Part shown: in pieces, positions 15,583 through 23,212 of the stretch
How the letters are laid out: each line of letters starts with the position of its first letter
Numbering within the stretch: the stretch's first letter is position 1
Virus record (IMG/VR): IMGVR_UViG_3300028844_006119
Location: 1-64,000 of that record
From: a virus
Strand: one strand, 5' to 3'
Length of the DNA stretch: 64,000 bases
The notes under the pieces: model-generated
What the model saw: the letters and a program-made list of their open reading frames with translations, nothing else
What the model was told of the DNA's origin: nothing
Database searches by the model: none
Translations under genes and position numbers: made by a program

Positions 15583-16235
15583 TGCCCCACTCCCCGCAAG
15601 ATATTGAGCGTATTACCAATCGCCTGAACCAGCGGATCCTGGAAGCGGCCGACGAGTCGGCCAAGGAGATGGCGAAGAGAGCTGACTTCAAGATCCAGAT
15701 CTGGTTCAGGTCAGACCGCTCCATGAAGAAGCCGATTGCCTTCACTCTCTCTTTCTGGGAGTCGGGTAAGAGGCTTCATGGTGGCGGAGACGAGATGATG
15801 TTCGTCTGTCGGCGACACGCCCAGTCCCCAAAGCTCAAGCCTTTCGACCTGGCGATGTCTACGTCCAAGTCTGTCCGAGGCTGCGATGGCCTCATTCCTG
15901 GAGGGCTTGCGCAGGAGACCGGATTTGTAATGTGCCCGCACTGCCAAGCAACTCACAAGCTGGACCAGATTGGAGACTCCATCTTCTACCGGGCTACCCT
16001 TGAGCAGGCGGCGGTTATCATTGCGAATTGGTGGCGTAAGATCGGGAACAACGCGGACCTGTACGCGAAGTACAACCCCACGGACCCCAGATCCGTTATG
16101 ATGGCACAGAACTACGACTACCGGACTGCCAGGGAGAAGAAGGGTCTTACCATCTACCCTCTTCAAAGCATCCTCAAGGACACCCTTAACGGATCGACCC
16201 TAGAGTCCCGAGTAAAAGCCTTCTTATCTGCCTGA
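15579..16235 (+). CDS. hypothetical protein with Zn-ribbon
   Basis: GGAGG RBS; C..C..CPHC. Confidence 0.75.
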   Translation: MMPHSPQDIERITNRLNQRILEAADESAKEMAKRADFKIQIWFRSDRSMKKPIAFTLSFWESGKRLHGGGDEMMFVCRRHAQSPKLKPFDLAMSTSKSVRGCDGLIPGGLAQETGFVMCPHCQATHKLDQIGDSIFYRATLEQAAVIIANWWRKIGNNADLYAKYNPTDPRSVMMAQNYDYRTAREKKGLTIYPLQSILKDTLNGSTLESRVKAFLSA

Positions 16236-16241
16236 GCCAAA

Positions 16242-17207
16242 ATGCCCCACTCCCCGGACCTCATTGACTCGATCCTGAAGGAAGCGGGATTCTTCGACGA
16301 CATGAAGTCGAAGTTGACGGGCTTTCTCCAGTCTCGAGAAAAGAAGAGGGCGACCTCTAGGGTAGGGGCGCACTTCGACTCTAAGGATAAGGACTGGGAC
16401 CGGGTAGTTGCGAACTCCTCCCGCAAGTCCTTCGTTAAGGAGCTTGCGGGAGATGCTCGAGCTGACGACAAGCTCAAGATGCACGTCGACAGCATGAACC
16501 GTCTCAAGACCGGCAAGGTCCTGAGCACGGTCTCCGGCACGGAGGGGAGCCGCACCGCACGTAGGGACGGTTCCCAGTCCTACAAGATCGTCAAGCTGCG
16601 CGGATCAAACCGCCTCGGCTGTACCTGCCGAGACTGGAGATTCAAGAAGTCTGTGGCGGCGCAGGGAGAGCAGGCGGACTGTAAGCACATCCGCGAGTTC
16701 AAGCAGGTGAACAAGACTGCCGGCCACGTAGAAGATCGCATCGCAGAGCGCGCTCCGGGGTCGACCTACGAGGTCGCCAAGATCAAGGCTCAGATCCCAA
16801 GCATGAAGCTCCGCAAGGGGCAGACCTACCACGTCCCCCTTAAGAGAGGGAAAGGTTACGCGGTCATCGGAGACATCGGGCCGAAGCATGTGGTCAAGAC
16901 CGTACTGGGCCCGAACATGCGCCCGCCCGGTCATCGCGCCAAGGCCCAATTCGGAAGGCTGGCCGGACAGAAGCTTGCCCGTGCTCCTCGAGACTACAAG
17001 CAAGAGTACGCCGAGTACCACGGTAAGCCTGATCAGGTCTCTAATCGCAGTCTCCGCAACCAGGCCCGAAGAAAGATGGGGCTAAAGAAGGGAGATCCTC
17101 GGGAGGTCGACCACAAGACCCCAATCTCTAAGGGTGGCGGTAACGGAAAGGGGAACCTCTCCGCAGTAAGCAGAGAGTTCAACCGACGGAAGTTCAATGG
17201 ATCATAG
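16242..17207 (+). CDS. mosaic basic protein: SWIM-type Zn finger plus C-terminal HNH-like module
   Basis: CTCRDW..CKHI; EVDHKTPISKGGGNGKGNL..NR; KEAG, KTAG and KLAR at module boundaries. Confidence 0.8.
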   Translation: MPHSPDLIDSILKEAGFFDDMKSKLTGFLQSREKKRATSRVGAHFDSKDKDWDRVVANSSRKSFVKELAGDARADDKLKMHVDSMNRLKTGKVLSTVSGTEGSRTARRDGSQSYKIVKLRGSNRLGCTCRDWRFKKSVAAQGEQADCKHIREFKQVNKTAGHVEDRIAERAPGSTYEVAKIKAQIPSMKLRKGQTYHVPLKRGKGYAVIGDIGPKHVVKTVLGPNMRPPGHRAKAQFGRLAGQKLARAPRDYKQEYAEYHGKPDQVSNRSLRNQARRKMGLKKGDPREVDHKTPISKGGGNGKGNLSAVSREFNRRKFNGS

Positions 17208-17571
17208 CCCCAACTCCATGTACACCTACGATGCGGAGATCTTGTCTGTCTACGACGGAGATACCGCAACGGCTACGGTAGACCTGGGCTTCAAGGTGTC
17301 TGCCATCAAGGTCAAACTGCGCTTCTACGGCATCGACACCGCTGAGATCCGAGGCGGCACTGAAGCAACCAAGATTGCCGCAAGAGAGGCTCGCGACTAC
17401 GTCAAGGAGAAGATCCTCGGCAAGAAGGTCCGAATGAAGTCCCTCGGCAAGGGCAAGTACGGGCGATACCTGGCGATCATTTGGCCCATCGACGACAATG
17501 GGGTTCCGTCAGAAGAAAGCATTAATGACGAGCTAGTCCGTATTGGGATGGCCAGCCCGTATTTGAGGTAG
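17197..17571 (+). CDS. thermonuclease (SNase-like) family protein
   Basis: VYDGDT, LRFYGIDTAE, GKYGRYLA, SINDELVRIG. Confidence 0.9.
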   Translation: MDHSPNSMYTYDAEILSVYDGDTATATVDLGFKVSAIKVKLRFYGIDTAEIRGGTEATKIAAREARDYVKEKILGKKVRMKSLGKGKYGRYLAIIWPIDDNGVPSEESINDELVRIGMASPYLR

Positions 17572-17573
17572 AT

Positions 17574-18083
17574 ATGCGTTTATTTTCGGGATTTACTCTG
17601 GAGCTGATTAAGCTTGCGGCCGGCAAGGTCAAGTGCCCCAAGTGCGGGCACATGAACCATGCTGGCGCGGAAAAGTGCTCAAGCTGCGGCTATCACCTCG
17701 GCGGATCGAAAGAGGCTGCAGCGTGTCCGCTTGCGACTCGCGACCTCAAGGCCAATACAAAGAACCGCAATAAGTCGATCCAGGCCGACCACATCCAATA
17801 CGGCCCCCTGAATCTATCTGATCAAGGGTATTGGAAGCGCCTGGCTGCGCACTGGAAAACGACTCCGGCGGTAGCCAAGAAGTCAAAGTGCTCAAACTGT
17901 GTGGCCTTTGATGTCTCTCCGAGGATGCAGGATTGCATGCCGGGCATGGTGCAGGAAGATGGCCACCTCGGGTATTGCCACATGCATCACTTTAAGTGCC
18001 ACTCTGCCCGTACTTGCTACACCTGGGCGGGCGGGGGACCAATCACTAAAGACTCCGTGTCCACAGACTGGGAAAAGAAATGA
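17574..18083 (+). CDS. two-module Cys-rich protein (Zn ribbon plus Cys/His-rich module)
   Basis: ELIKLAAG-CPKC..CSSC-SKEAAA-CPLAT..CSNC..GYC..FKCHSARTC..W. Confidence 0.75.
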   Translation: MRLFSGFTLELIKLAAGKVKCPKCGHMNHAGAEKCSSCGYHLGGSKEAAACPLATRDLKANTKNRNKSIQADHIQYGPLNLSDQGYWKRLAAHWKTTPAVAKKSKCSNCVAFDVSPRMQDCMPGMVQEDGHLGYCHMHHFKCHSARTCYTWAGGGPITKDSVSTDWEKK

Positions 18084-19564
18084 GCACTTACGGCGAAGAG
18101 AAGATGGCAGCATTTTCAGAGGCCTTGGACAAGCACCCCGCCCTCAAAGGCAGGCAGTCTCAGCTCCCCGATAAGATCCAGGCCGGTATTATCAAAAAGA
18201 AGCTGCGGCCCCGAAGCCCTTCTGCCCGAGAGAGGTTCATTGCGTCGAGAACTACCAAGAAGGCGGCCTCTACTGAGTCTCAGCTGCTGCAAGCACTGAG
18301 CGCAGAGGGCGGAGCTGCAGGCATGAAGGCCTTGCGCAAGCGTGTCAAGGAAGACGATCTCGAGCAAGCCCTCAAGGCACTGATTGCTTCCGGCAAGGTC
18401 CGTAGGCACCCAGACGGCGATCTGATCAAAGAGTCCGCCGCTACGGCCACCAAGACCGATCCCGCCAAGTGGGAAGCCGCAAAGCGCGAGGCCAAGTCCA
18501 AGATGGGCGGAAAGCACTCTGCGAGAGCCATGCAGCTCGCAACCAACATCTACAAGAAAAAGGGCGGCGGCTACTCCGGAGCTAAGCCCACGTCTCAGAA
18601 CAACTCTCTGAAGAAGTGGACAAAGCAGAAGTGGGGCTACTCCGGCAAGGACAAGCCGGGTCCTGGCGGCAGTGGCGTCTACCTTCCCAAGAAGAAGGCC
18701 GAGGGACTCAAGAAGACGGAATCGGGCCGCAAGCGTCTCGCTGCCGCGTCCCGCAGGAAGTCTGAGGCAACTCGCAAGGGTCAGCAGTACAGCTCACACG
18801 GCTTGGCCTCTGGAACTAGCATCAAGAAGGCGGATATTCTCCCAGAGTTTCTAGCTAAGCCTCGACGTGATGGGTTTATCGACCCCAGACACGACGATTT
18901 CTCTAAGAATCAAGCTTTCGGGCGCAGTGTCGGGGTCGGTCTTCTTCCCGCAGCTCTTGGGGCAGGAGTCGCAGTAGGAGGCCGCCGGGCCCTGGGAGCG
19001 GGAATCGCAGGAGCAGGAGCTCTGGCGGGGCTGGGCATGTATCGCCACAGGCTGCAGCAGTTCCGGGACTTACAGGCCCAGGGCAGAAACCCCGTAACAG
19101 GGCGCATGCACGACCCCGAGCGTATCGAAAGAACTCGACGCTACGTGGAAAGGATGCGGGCAGGCAAGAGAGGGGCACAAGAAGCCCTCAACCAGCAAGT
19201 TCTTGCGGATCTCAGTCCTAAAACTGCCTCCTACGCCGAGGCCAAGGAGGCTGCGGCGTCCAAGGATCCGCGTTTAGCCCGAGCAGGAGTCTCCGGGTAC
19301 AACCAAGCAAAGAGAACCCCCGGACACCCTACAAAGTCGCATATTGTTGTGGCTAAAGAAGGGGACAAGGTCAAGACCATCCGCTTCGGTCAGCAAGGCG
19401 TGAAGACCAACCAGACCGCAGGACAGAGGGAAGCCTTCAAGTCTCGCCATCGGAAGAACATCTCACGCGGCCGGATGTCCGCAGCCTACTGGGCGGATAA
19501 GGCTAAGTGGAGCCCTAAGAAGACCAAGGATAAAGACAATCCCAAGTGGGTGAAGGGGTCCTAA
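18080..19564 (+). CDS. highly basic mosaic polyprotein, putative internal head protein
   Basis: At least five dissimilar modules separated by KMAA/KKAA/KESA/KKAD/KTAS/KEAA; includes KHSARAMQLA..YKKKGGGY and KTIRFGQQG..AFKSRH..SAAYWA modules. Confidence 0.7.
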   Translation: MSTYGEEKMAAFSEALDKHPALKGRQSQLPDKIQAGIIKKKLRPRSPSARERFIASRTTKKAASTESQLLQALSAEGGAAGMKALRKRVKEDDLEQALKALIASGKVRRHPDGDLIKESAATATKTDPAKWEAAKREAKSKMGGKHSARAMQLATNIYKKKGGGYSGAKPTSQNNSLKKWTKQKWGYSGKDKPGPGGSGVYLPKKKAEGLKKTESGRKRLAAASRRKSEATRKGQQYSSHGLASGTSIKKADILPEFLAKPRRDGFIDPRHDDFSKNQAFGRSVGVGLLPAALGAGVAVGGRRALGAGIAGAGALAGLGMYRHRLQQFRDLQAQGRNPVTGRMHDPERIERTRRYVERMRAGKRGAQEALNQQVLADLSPKTASYAEAKEAAASKDPRLARAGVSGYNQAKRTPGHPTKSHIVVAKEGDKVKTIRFGQQGVKTNQTAGQREAFKSRHRKNISRGRMSAAYWADKAKWSPKKTKDKDNPKWVKGS

Positions 19565-19687
19565 AACACACCCTGCTTTCCCGAATGATCCGGTGCGCCC
19601 AAGGTGCGGCGTGTACTTCTTTGCTTCCTCCGGAGGTCTCGCGGTTTCCTCGCAAATTTGTTATGACAGCAAAAAGGAGAAAATAAT

Positions 19688-19963
19688 ATGCCTCGGCAAA
19701 AAAAGAAGACCGTCGGCGACATGCTCCAGCAGATCTCAGAACTCGAACAAAGGGCCGCCATTCAGCAAACGCTGGTCCTCATCTTGCGTTCTAGATACCT
19801 TCCTCGAGATTCGTCCCCCACTCCCCCAGCTCAGATCCCCTGCAACGGGGCCCCTGTAGATCCTGACCTCATCGAAGAGGTTGTGGAGGAGATGGAAGAC
19901 GGCATCGAAGAAATGCACAAAGCAGTAAAACTATACAAAGAAGAGGAAGTAACAGATGTCTAA
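19688..19963 (+). CDS. hypothetical protein (91 aa)
   Basis: AAGGAG RBS. Confidence 0.75.
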   Translation: MPRQKKKTVGDMLQQISELEQRAAIQQTLVLILRSRYLPRDSSPTPPAQIPCNGAPVDPDLIEEVVEEMEDGIEEMHKAVKLYKEEEVTDV

Positions 19964-20594
19964 GAAAAGCATCGAAAAGCGCCTTGAAGTTGTCGAAAAG
20001 ATCCAGTCTGGGGGCATCGACTGGCTCGCCAAAGAGGTCCAGGGCCTGTTTCAGAATGACAATGTCATTGGCGAGGCGGTAGAAGACCACGACACCACCA
20101 TCGCAGCACTCAAAGCACTCCTGGTGGAGAAGGGCATCATCACAGAAGATGAGGTTCAGGCTAAGCGCAAGCAGATCGACAAGATGCGCGCAGACGCCCT
20201 GAAGGCTCGCCAGAAGGAAGCAGAGATGCGCCAGGTCGCAGAGAATGCTAAAAAAGCAGCTCTGGAGGATCAAGGGCATCCCAATCTGAGTTCCCTCTTT
20301 CTGCGTCCAGATGGGGTCTACCCCGAGAGCCTTGTTGCTGTACCGGATCTCAGTGATGATGTCCTCATCTAACCACCGGCCGATCTCCGACCGGCAGTTG
20401 TAGACGATCAACGGCCGCGCCGCTTCGCCATACAGGCGTCGGCGCGGCCGTCTCTTTACGTACCCAGTCAGGGGCTTAGGGCGAAGAAACTTGTAGATCT
20501 TCACTCGGATCTTTTCCAACCTGACGTACTCCAGGAGCTCCGCCAACTCTTGTTGGCACTCGTAGAACGTGCCGTTCATCTCAATGTACTTCAC
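19869..20594 (-). CDS. hypothetical protein; protein-like only for 20594 to ~20282, then runs antisense through the opposite gene
   Basis: GGAGG RBS plus GTG at 20594. Confidence 0.5.
   Translation of the reverse strand: MKYIEMNGTFYECQQELAELLEYVRLEKIRVKIYKFLRPKPLTGYVKRRPRRRLYGEAARPLIVYNCRSEIGRWLDEDIITEIRYSNKALGVDPIWTQKEGTQIGMPLILQSCFFSILCDLAHLCFLLASLQGVCAHLVDLLALSLNLIFCDDALLHQECFECCDGGVVVFYRLANDIVILKQALDLFGEPVDAPRLDLFDNFKALFDAFLRHLLLPLLCIVLLLCAFLRCRLPSPPQPLR
19956..20372 (+). CDS. coiled-coil hypothetical protein (C-terminus after ~20282 suspect)
   Basis: GAGG RBS; ALKALLVEKGIITEDEV motif. Confidence 0.65.
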   Translation: MSKKSIEKRLEVVEKIQSGGIDWLAKEVQGLFQNDNVIGEAVEDHDTTIAALKALLVEKGIITEDEVQAKRKQIDKMRADALKARQKEAEMRQVAENAKKAALEDQGHPNLSSLFLRPDGVYPESLVAVPDLSDDVLI

Positions 20595-20937
20595 CTGATA
20601 CCTCCTCCTCCGCCCCGTCATAGACATGCGCAGCGGTAGACATTCCCGCACACGCTGTCCGATTTTCGATGTACCGGGCCATGTAGGCACAGAATCCATT
20701 GGTGACTCCATGCTCCTTTTTCAGCGCCGCAGCCTCCTCATGCGGAAGCTTGCACCAATCGTTGAACAGCCCCCGAACAAGGCCGTCATGCATGCCAGTC
20801 TTCTTGAAGAAGAGCCGGTAAAAGTTTTCCCCGGCCTTTTCTGCGGCCACTCGTGATAGGAGTCCCTCCGCATGGAATCCGCTCTCGTCCGTGGCCTCTT
20901 TCCATGCCTGCTCCAGCTCTGCTGCTATGTTCTTCAT
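20581..20937 (-). CDS. hypothetical protein (118 aa)
   Basis: Follows the ligase stop by 8 nt; plausible composition. Confidence 0.65.
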   Translation of the reverse strand: MKNIAAELEQAWKEATDESGFHAEGLLSRVAAEKAGENFYRLFFKKTGMHDGLVRGLFNDWCKLPHEEAAALKKEHGVTNGFCAYMARYIENRTACAGMSTAAHVYDGAEEEVSGEVH

Positions 20938-20945
20938 TGCCGTCT

Positions 20946-22244
20946 CTACAGTTCGGGGTTGATGCACTCATTTTCTGCTTTGTCTTCCCGCACCACGATG
21001 AAGCGAGGGAACTGCAGAGCGTCTGTCTTGTCTCCGCGAGACCTGTAGGTCCGCGACTCGTACTTGACCTGGACGACCTTGGGCCAGCTGTCCGTAGTCG
21101 AGTTGCTCTCGATGAACTGCTTGCTCCAGCCGTTGCCCATGTCGCAGATCTTCACAGTCTCCCCCAGATGGTTGATCTGAAAGAGCTCGACCGATCCCAA
21201 CTTGCCGGTGTACTTCCCTCGGCCATAGGCTCCGATCCCGTTGTCCGGGTCCCATAGCGCAATGAAATCATCCTCGAATACCGGCTTGATCTTTGCGCAG
21301 GCATTTCTCGGACGCTCTGCCTTGCCTCGAAGATTGAAGCCGCGATCCCCGTAGCTTTCGTTCGGATCGATGGCTACGAAGCCCTCCCATTTGCGGAAGT
21401 GGGCTAACTCCATGATCTCTTCCAAGGTCTCTGGGTACTCTCCCTCGACAAAGATCTCCGGGCACACAAGGTGGGACGCACTATTTGCAAATTCCTCGGC
21501 CCAGTCCAGTCGGATGGAGATCTTGGTGGTCCCTAGGAGCTGATGGCCATCCATCCAAGCCACGTCCCAGATGACATACCGAAGAAGGTCCGCGTCGTTC
21601 TGATGCTGAAGGGCCTTGTCCGTCTTGCTCTTCAGCACCTTGGCTACGTTCCACCGATCGTCCTCGTCGGATGCCCCGATGATCTCCCCCAGGAGGATGG
21701 TCCCGTTGGGAATAGTTGGCTGCTCGATGTCCCGGACAATTTGAGGAAACCGAGCCGTCCACGGGATGTCCGGCTCGAGGTGGTGATGGGGAAGCATCCT
21801 GCGTGAGTACATCTCACACCGACCTTCCAGGGTCTTTCGGACGACCATCATCTCGCCGTCGTACTTCCGAAGAAGCCACGCCTCCGATTGCTCAATCTTC
21901 TGCTTCATGGTCGCAGTGATCGAGTTGAACGGCTTGTAAAAGCAAAGGTTCGTGGGGAGCGTCTCCGCAGAGATAACGTCCACCTCCCCCTCGTCCGACT
22001 CCGTTCCGACCTCTACATAGCCCTTCCGGGTCTTCTTCAGGACCATCCGCTCTGCCAGGAGAACGGCGTCCTCCTCTGCTGTCATCTCGTTGGCTCGGCC
22101 AACGTTCTTAGGCTCTCCGAGATCGACGACCTCTTGCATTTTGCCGTCTAACTGCCCAAACTGGGTGTGGATCTCATTGCCGAATACGGCGATACTCCAT
22201 ACCCTCACTGCACCTGTACGACTCGTGTTACGAAATTCTCGCAT
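20946..22244 (-). CDS. ATP-dependent DNA ligase with N-terminal WGR-like domain
   Basis: Motif I RKYDG, III LLGEI, IIIa YVIWDV, IV WEGFV, V KIKP, VI LQFPRF..REDK; N-terminal VWSI..TQFGQLDG..K.RKGY. Confidence 0.9.
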   Translation of the reverse strand: MREFRNTSRTGAVRVWSIAVFGNEIHTQFGQLDGKMQEVVDLGEPKNVGRANEMTAEEDAVLLAERMVLKKTRKGYVEVGTESDEGEVDVISAETLPTNLCFYKPFNSITATMKQKIEQSEAWLLRKYDGEMMVVRKTLEGRCEMYSRRMLPHHHLEPDIPWTARFPQIVRDIEQPTIPNGTILLGEIIGASDEDDRWNVAKVLKSKTDKALQHQNDADLLRYVIWDVAWMDGHQLLGTTKISIRLDWAEEFANSASHLVCPEIFVEGEYPETLEEIMELAHFRKWEGFVAIDPNESYGDRGFNLRGKAERPRNACAKIKPVFEDDFIALWDPDNGIGAYGRGKYTGKLGSVELFQINHLGETVKICDMGNGWSKQFIESNSTTDSWPKVVQVKYESRTYRSRGDKTDALQFPRFIVVREDKAENECINPEL

Positions 22245-22255
22245 TAATTACCTCC

Positions 22256-22290
22256 GAGTTCTTTATGACCGATAAAAGCCAGATACTAAA
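22256..22290 (-). promoter_or_regulatory. repeated promoter-like motif (copy 8, upstream of the ligase)
   Basis: TTTAGTATCTGGCTTTTATCGGTCATAAAGAACTC (TAGT-N17-CATAA). Confidence 0.5.
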
Positions 22291-22492
22291 AGACGCCGAC
22301 ACAGAGATCGACGCCTTCGAGAAGTGGTTTCGAGAGCAAGGGGCAGAGCCCCTCGCAAGATTTGAGAAGGCCATCCTGAAGACCTTTCTTGTCGCAAAAG
22401 CGACTGAGAAGTTCAGAGCAACTTCTCCCCCAGAGGAGTCGGGTACATCATCTCCGACAGCTCCGGGCCACAGCCACTACCTTCTTCCGTAA
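22265..22492 (+). CDS. hypothetical protein (75 aa)
   Basis: Helical, PLARFEKAILKTFL. Confidence 0.55.
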   Translation: MTDKSQILKDADTEIDAFEKWFREQGAEPLARFEKAILKTFLVAKATEKFRATSPPEESGTSSPTAPGHSHYLLP

Positions 22493-22805
22493 TGGCCGGC
22501 AGATACCCCTCTGACTTCTCCTTCGCAGTGGAGAAGTATTCAATCAGTTCCTGGGATACAGACCCTGCTATCGCTGCGCCTTGACCGTCCACGGCCCATT
22601 GGAGCCAGCTGGACACATAGATGCCCAGTCGGGGGTCATAGCGAACCGCCAAGGCCTCCGCGTCATGCTCCGCTACCTCGACACAGCTAATGGCCCAAAA
22701 GGGGAATCGGCCCCCATCACGGGGGCCAGCCCCACACTTCGGGCACTGGTAGAGACCTTCTGCGATCTCTACCAGCCTGTGTCCCCTGTTGAGGGGACAC
22801 AGCAT
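22413..22805 (-). CDS. Zn-ribbon hypothetical protein
   Basis: MLCPLNRGH..YQCPKC; TGATG coupling to the upstream gene. Confidence 0.6.
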   Translation of the reverse strand: MLCPLNRGHRLVEIAEGLYQCPKCGAGPRDGGRFPFWAISCVEVAEHDAEALAVRYDPRLGIYVSSWLQWAVDGQGAAIAGSVSQELIEYFSTAKEKSEGYLPAITEEGSGCGPELSEMMYPTPLGEKLL

Positions 22806-23149
22806 CAGGCCCATCTCGAGGGCTGCAGGCGCGTAATGCGCCGGATTTCCGGGATGTGGTCTTGCGGCTTTTGGCACGTCCCCATCCACCACGCCGCCTC
22901 CTGCGGCGTTAGCCGGACAGACTTTCCTCCCCAGGCAGGGTCGCCTGGGGGAACCTCTACCCATTCCCGAGGGGGTACCTCTCTCTCCTCCAGCTCCTCC
23001 CCCGACTGCTTAGCCGCGTTCCCTACGCACGCTCTCTTGAAGAGCTCCATGTTCCTCGCGGCTTCCTCGTCCATCTTTTCGTTCTCGTCCAGTAGCCAAT
23101 TGGCTACTGGACCGACGACCATCATGGTCGCGGTGATTACTCCAAGCAT
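22805..23149 (-). CDS. hypothetical protein (114 aa)
   Basis: GGAGG RBS before ATG 23149; upstream motif. Confidence 0.7.
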   Translation of the reverse strand: MLGVITATMMVVGPVANWLLDENEKMDEEAARNMELFKRACVGNAAKQSGEELEEREVPPREWVEVPPGDPAWGGKSVRLTPQEAAWWMGTCQKPQDHIPEIRRITRLQPSRWA

Positions 23150-23171
23150 GTTACCTCCATGTTTGCGGTAC

Positions 23172-23206
23172 ACTGTACTTATGCCTCCAAAGGGCTCATT
23201 TTTGAG
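23172..23206 (-). promoter_or_regulatory. repeated promoter-like motif (copy 9)
   Basis: CTCAAAAATGAGCCCTTTGGAGGCATAAGTACAGT (CAAA-N17-CATAA). Confidence 0.55.
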
Positions 23207-23212
23207 GGCTGA

